Shown one piece after another: positions 63,540 to 64,000 of a DNA stretch of 64,000 nucleotides. Within the stretch, counting starts at the first letter, position 1, and every line of letters begins with the position of its first letter. The stretch comes from Octopus sinensis. Taxonomy: Eukaryota. The stretch covers positions 119,040,001 through 119,104,000 of the forward strand of contig NC_043001.1 of NCBI RefSeq assembly GCF_006345805.1, in the 5' to 3' direction. Both the position numbers and the translations under genes were made by a program. The notes below the pieces were generated by a model. The model saw only the letters and a program-made list of their open reading frames with translations. It was not told the origin of the DNA and did not search any database.

Positions 63540-64000
63540 ATATATATATATATATAATATATATATATATGTATGGGTTATGTCTGAAATTAAAGTTTAG
63601 ATAGGAGACTTCAAAATGTAGTATCCAAACCTTGTTTTGGGAACATCCCTAGTAATGTCTCTTGAGAGAGTGTTCACCACTTACGGATACCAGGTGTCAT
63701 CCGTGGTACTGTGCTTTCGTCGCAGGATCTACGTAAGGGATTCCTCGGCGCACGTTTAGTATGTTTTAAATAATTGATAGGGAAGAAAGAGTGTACTGTA
63801 TCTTTTTCGCTTACATATATATAAGTATTATGATGCTGTGATGCTAGATGTTTCCATTATTTTGTCCAACCCCTGTATATATATCTGGCACGAAATCACT
63901 ATGATATCTTTGGTTATTGGCTGATGAGGAAATCAGTTGCGAATATTCCTTGTATCATGTGTTTGCCCAAATTTCCCGTCCGTTTCGTGTTTTCGTCTAA

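Overview
Repeat-saturated, AT-rich animal genomic DNA with one 100-N scaffold gap (5483-5582). The SINE families and microsatellite load point to an octopus/cephalopod genome; this is inferred from recognised repeat families, not database-checked. No protein-coding host gene can be supported, and nearly all ORFs in the supplied track are microsatellite translations or transposon remnants. The window holds tRNA-derived SINEs (CORE-type, Meta-like, and a tRNA-Glu mini-SINE), LINE remnants (CR1-like, RTE, R4/Dong-like with RLE endonuclease), three mariner pieces and a near-complete Tc1 element. A few isolated + strand splice-site pairs may mark a long non-coding or UTR transcript. The most interesting signals are: (1) four unrelated fold-back insertions in (TA)n with a shared arm+tail architecture typical of Penelope-like elements, two carrying hammerhead ribozyme folds (44214-44266 and its duplicate, and 42189-42252); (2) a 3.3-kb head-to-tail, same-strand pile of six retroelements linked by (AAT)n tails (37820-41092); (3) an RTE LINE with a twin-priming-type 5' inversion (43441-44014); (4) SINE/LINE 3'-tail sharing and mix-and-match SINE bodies and tails. 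Coordinates of degenerate repeats are approximate (about +/-20 bp).
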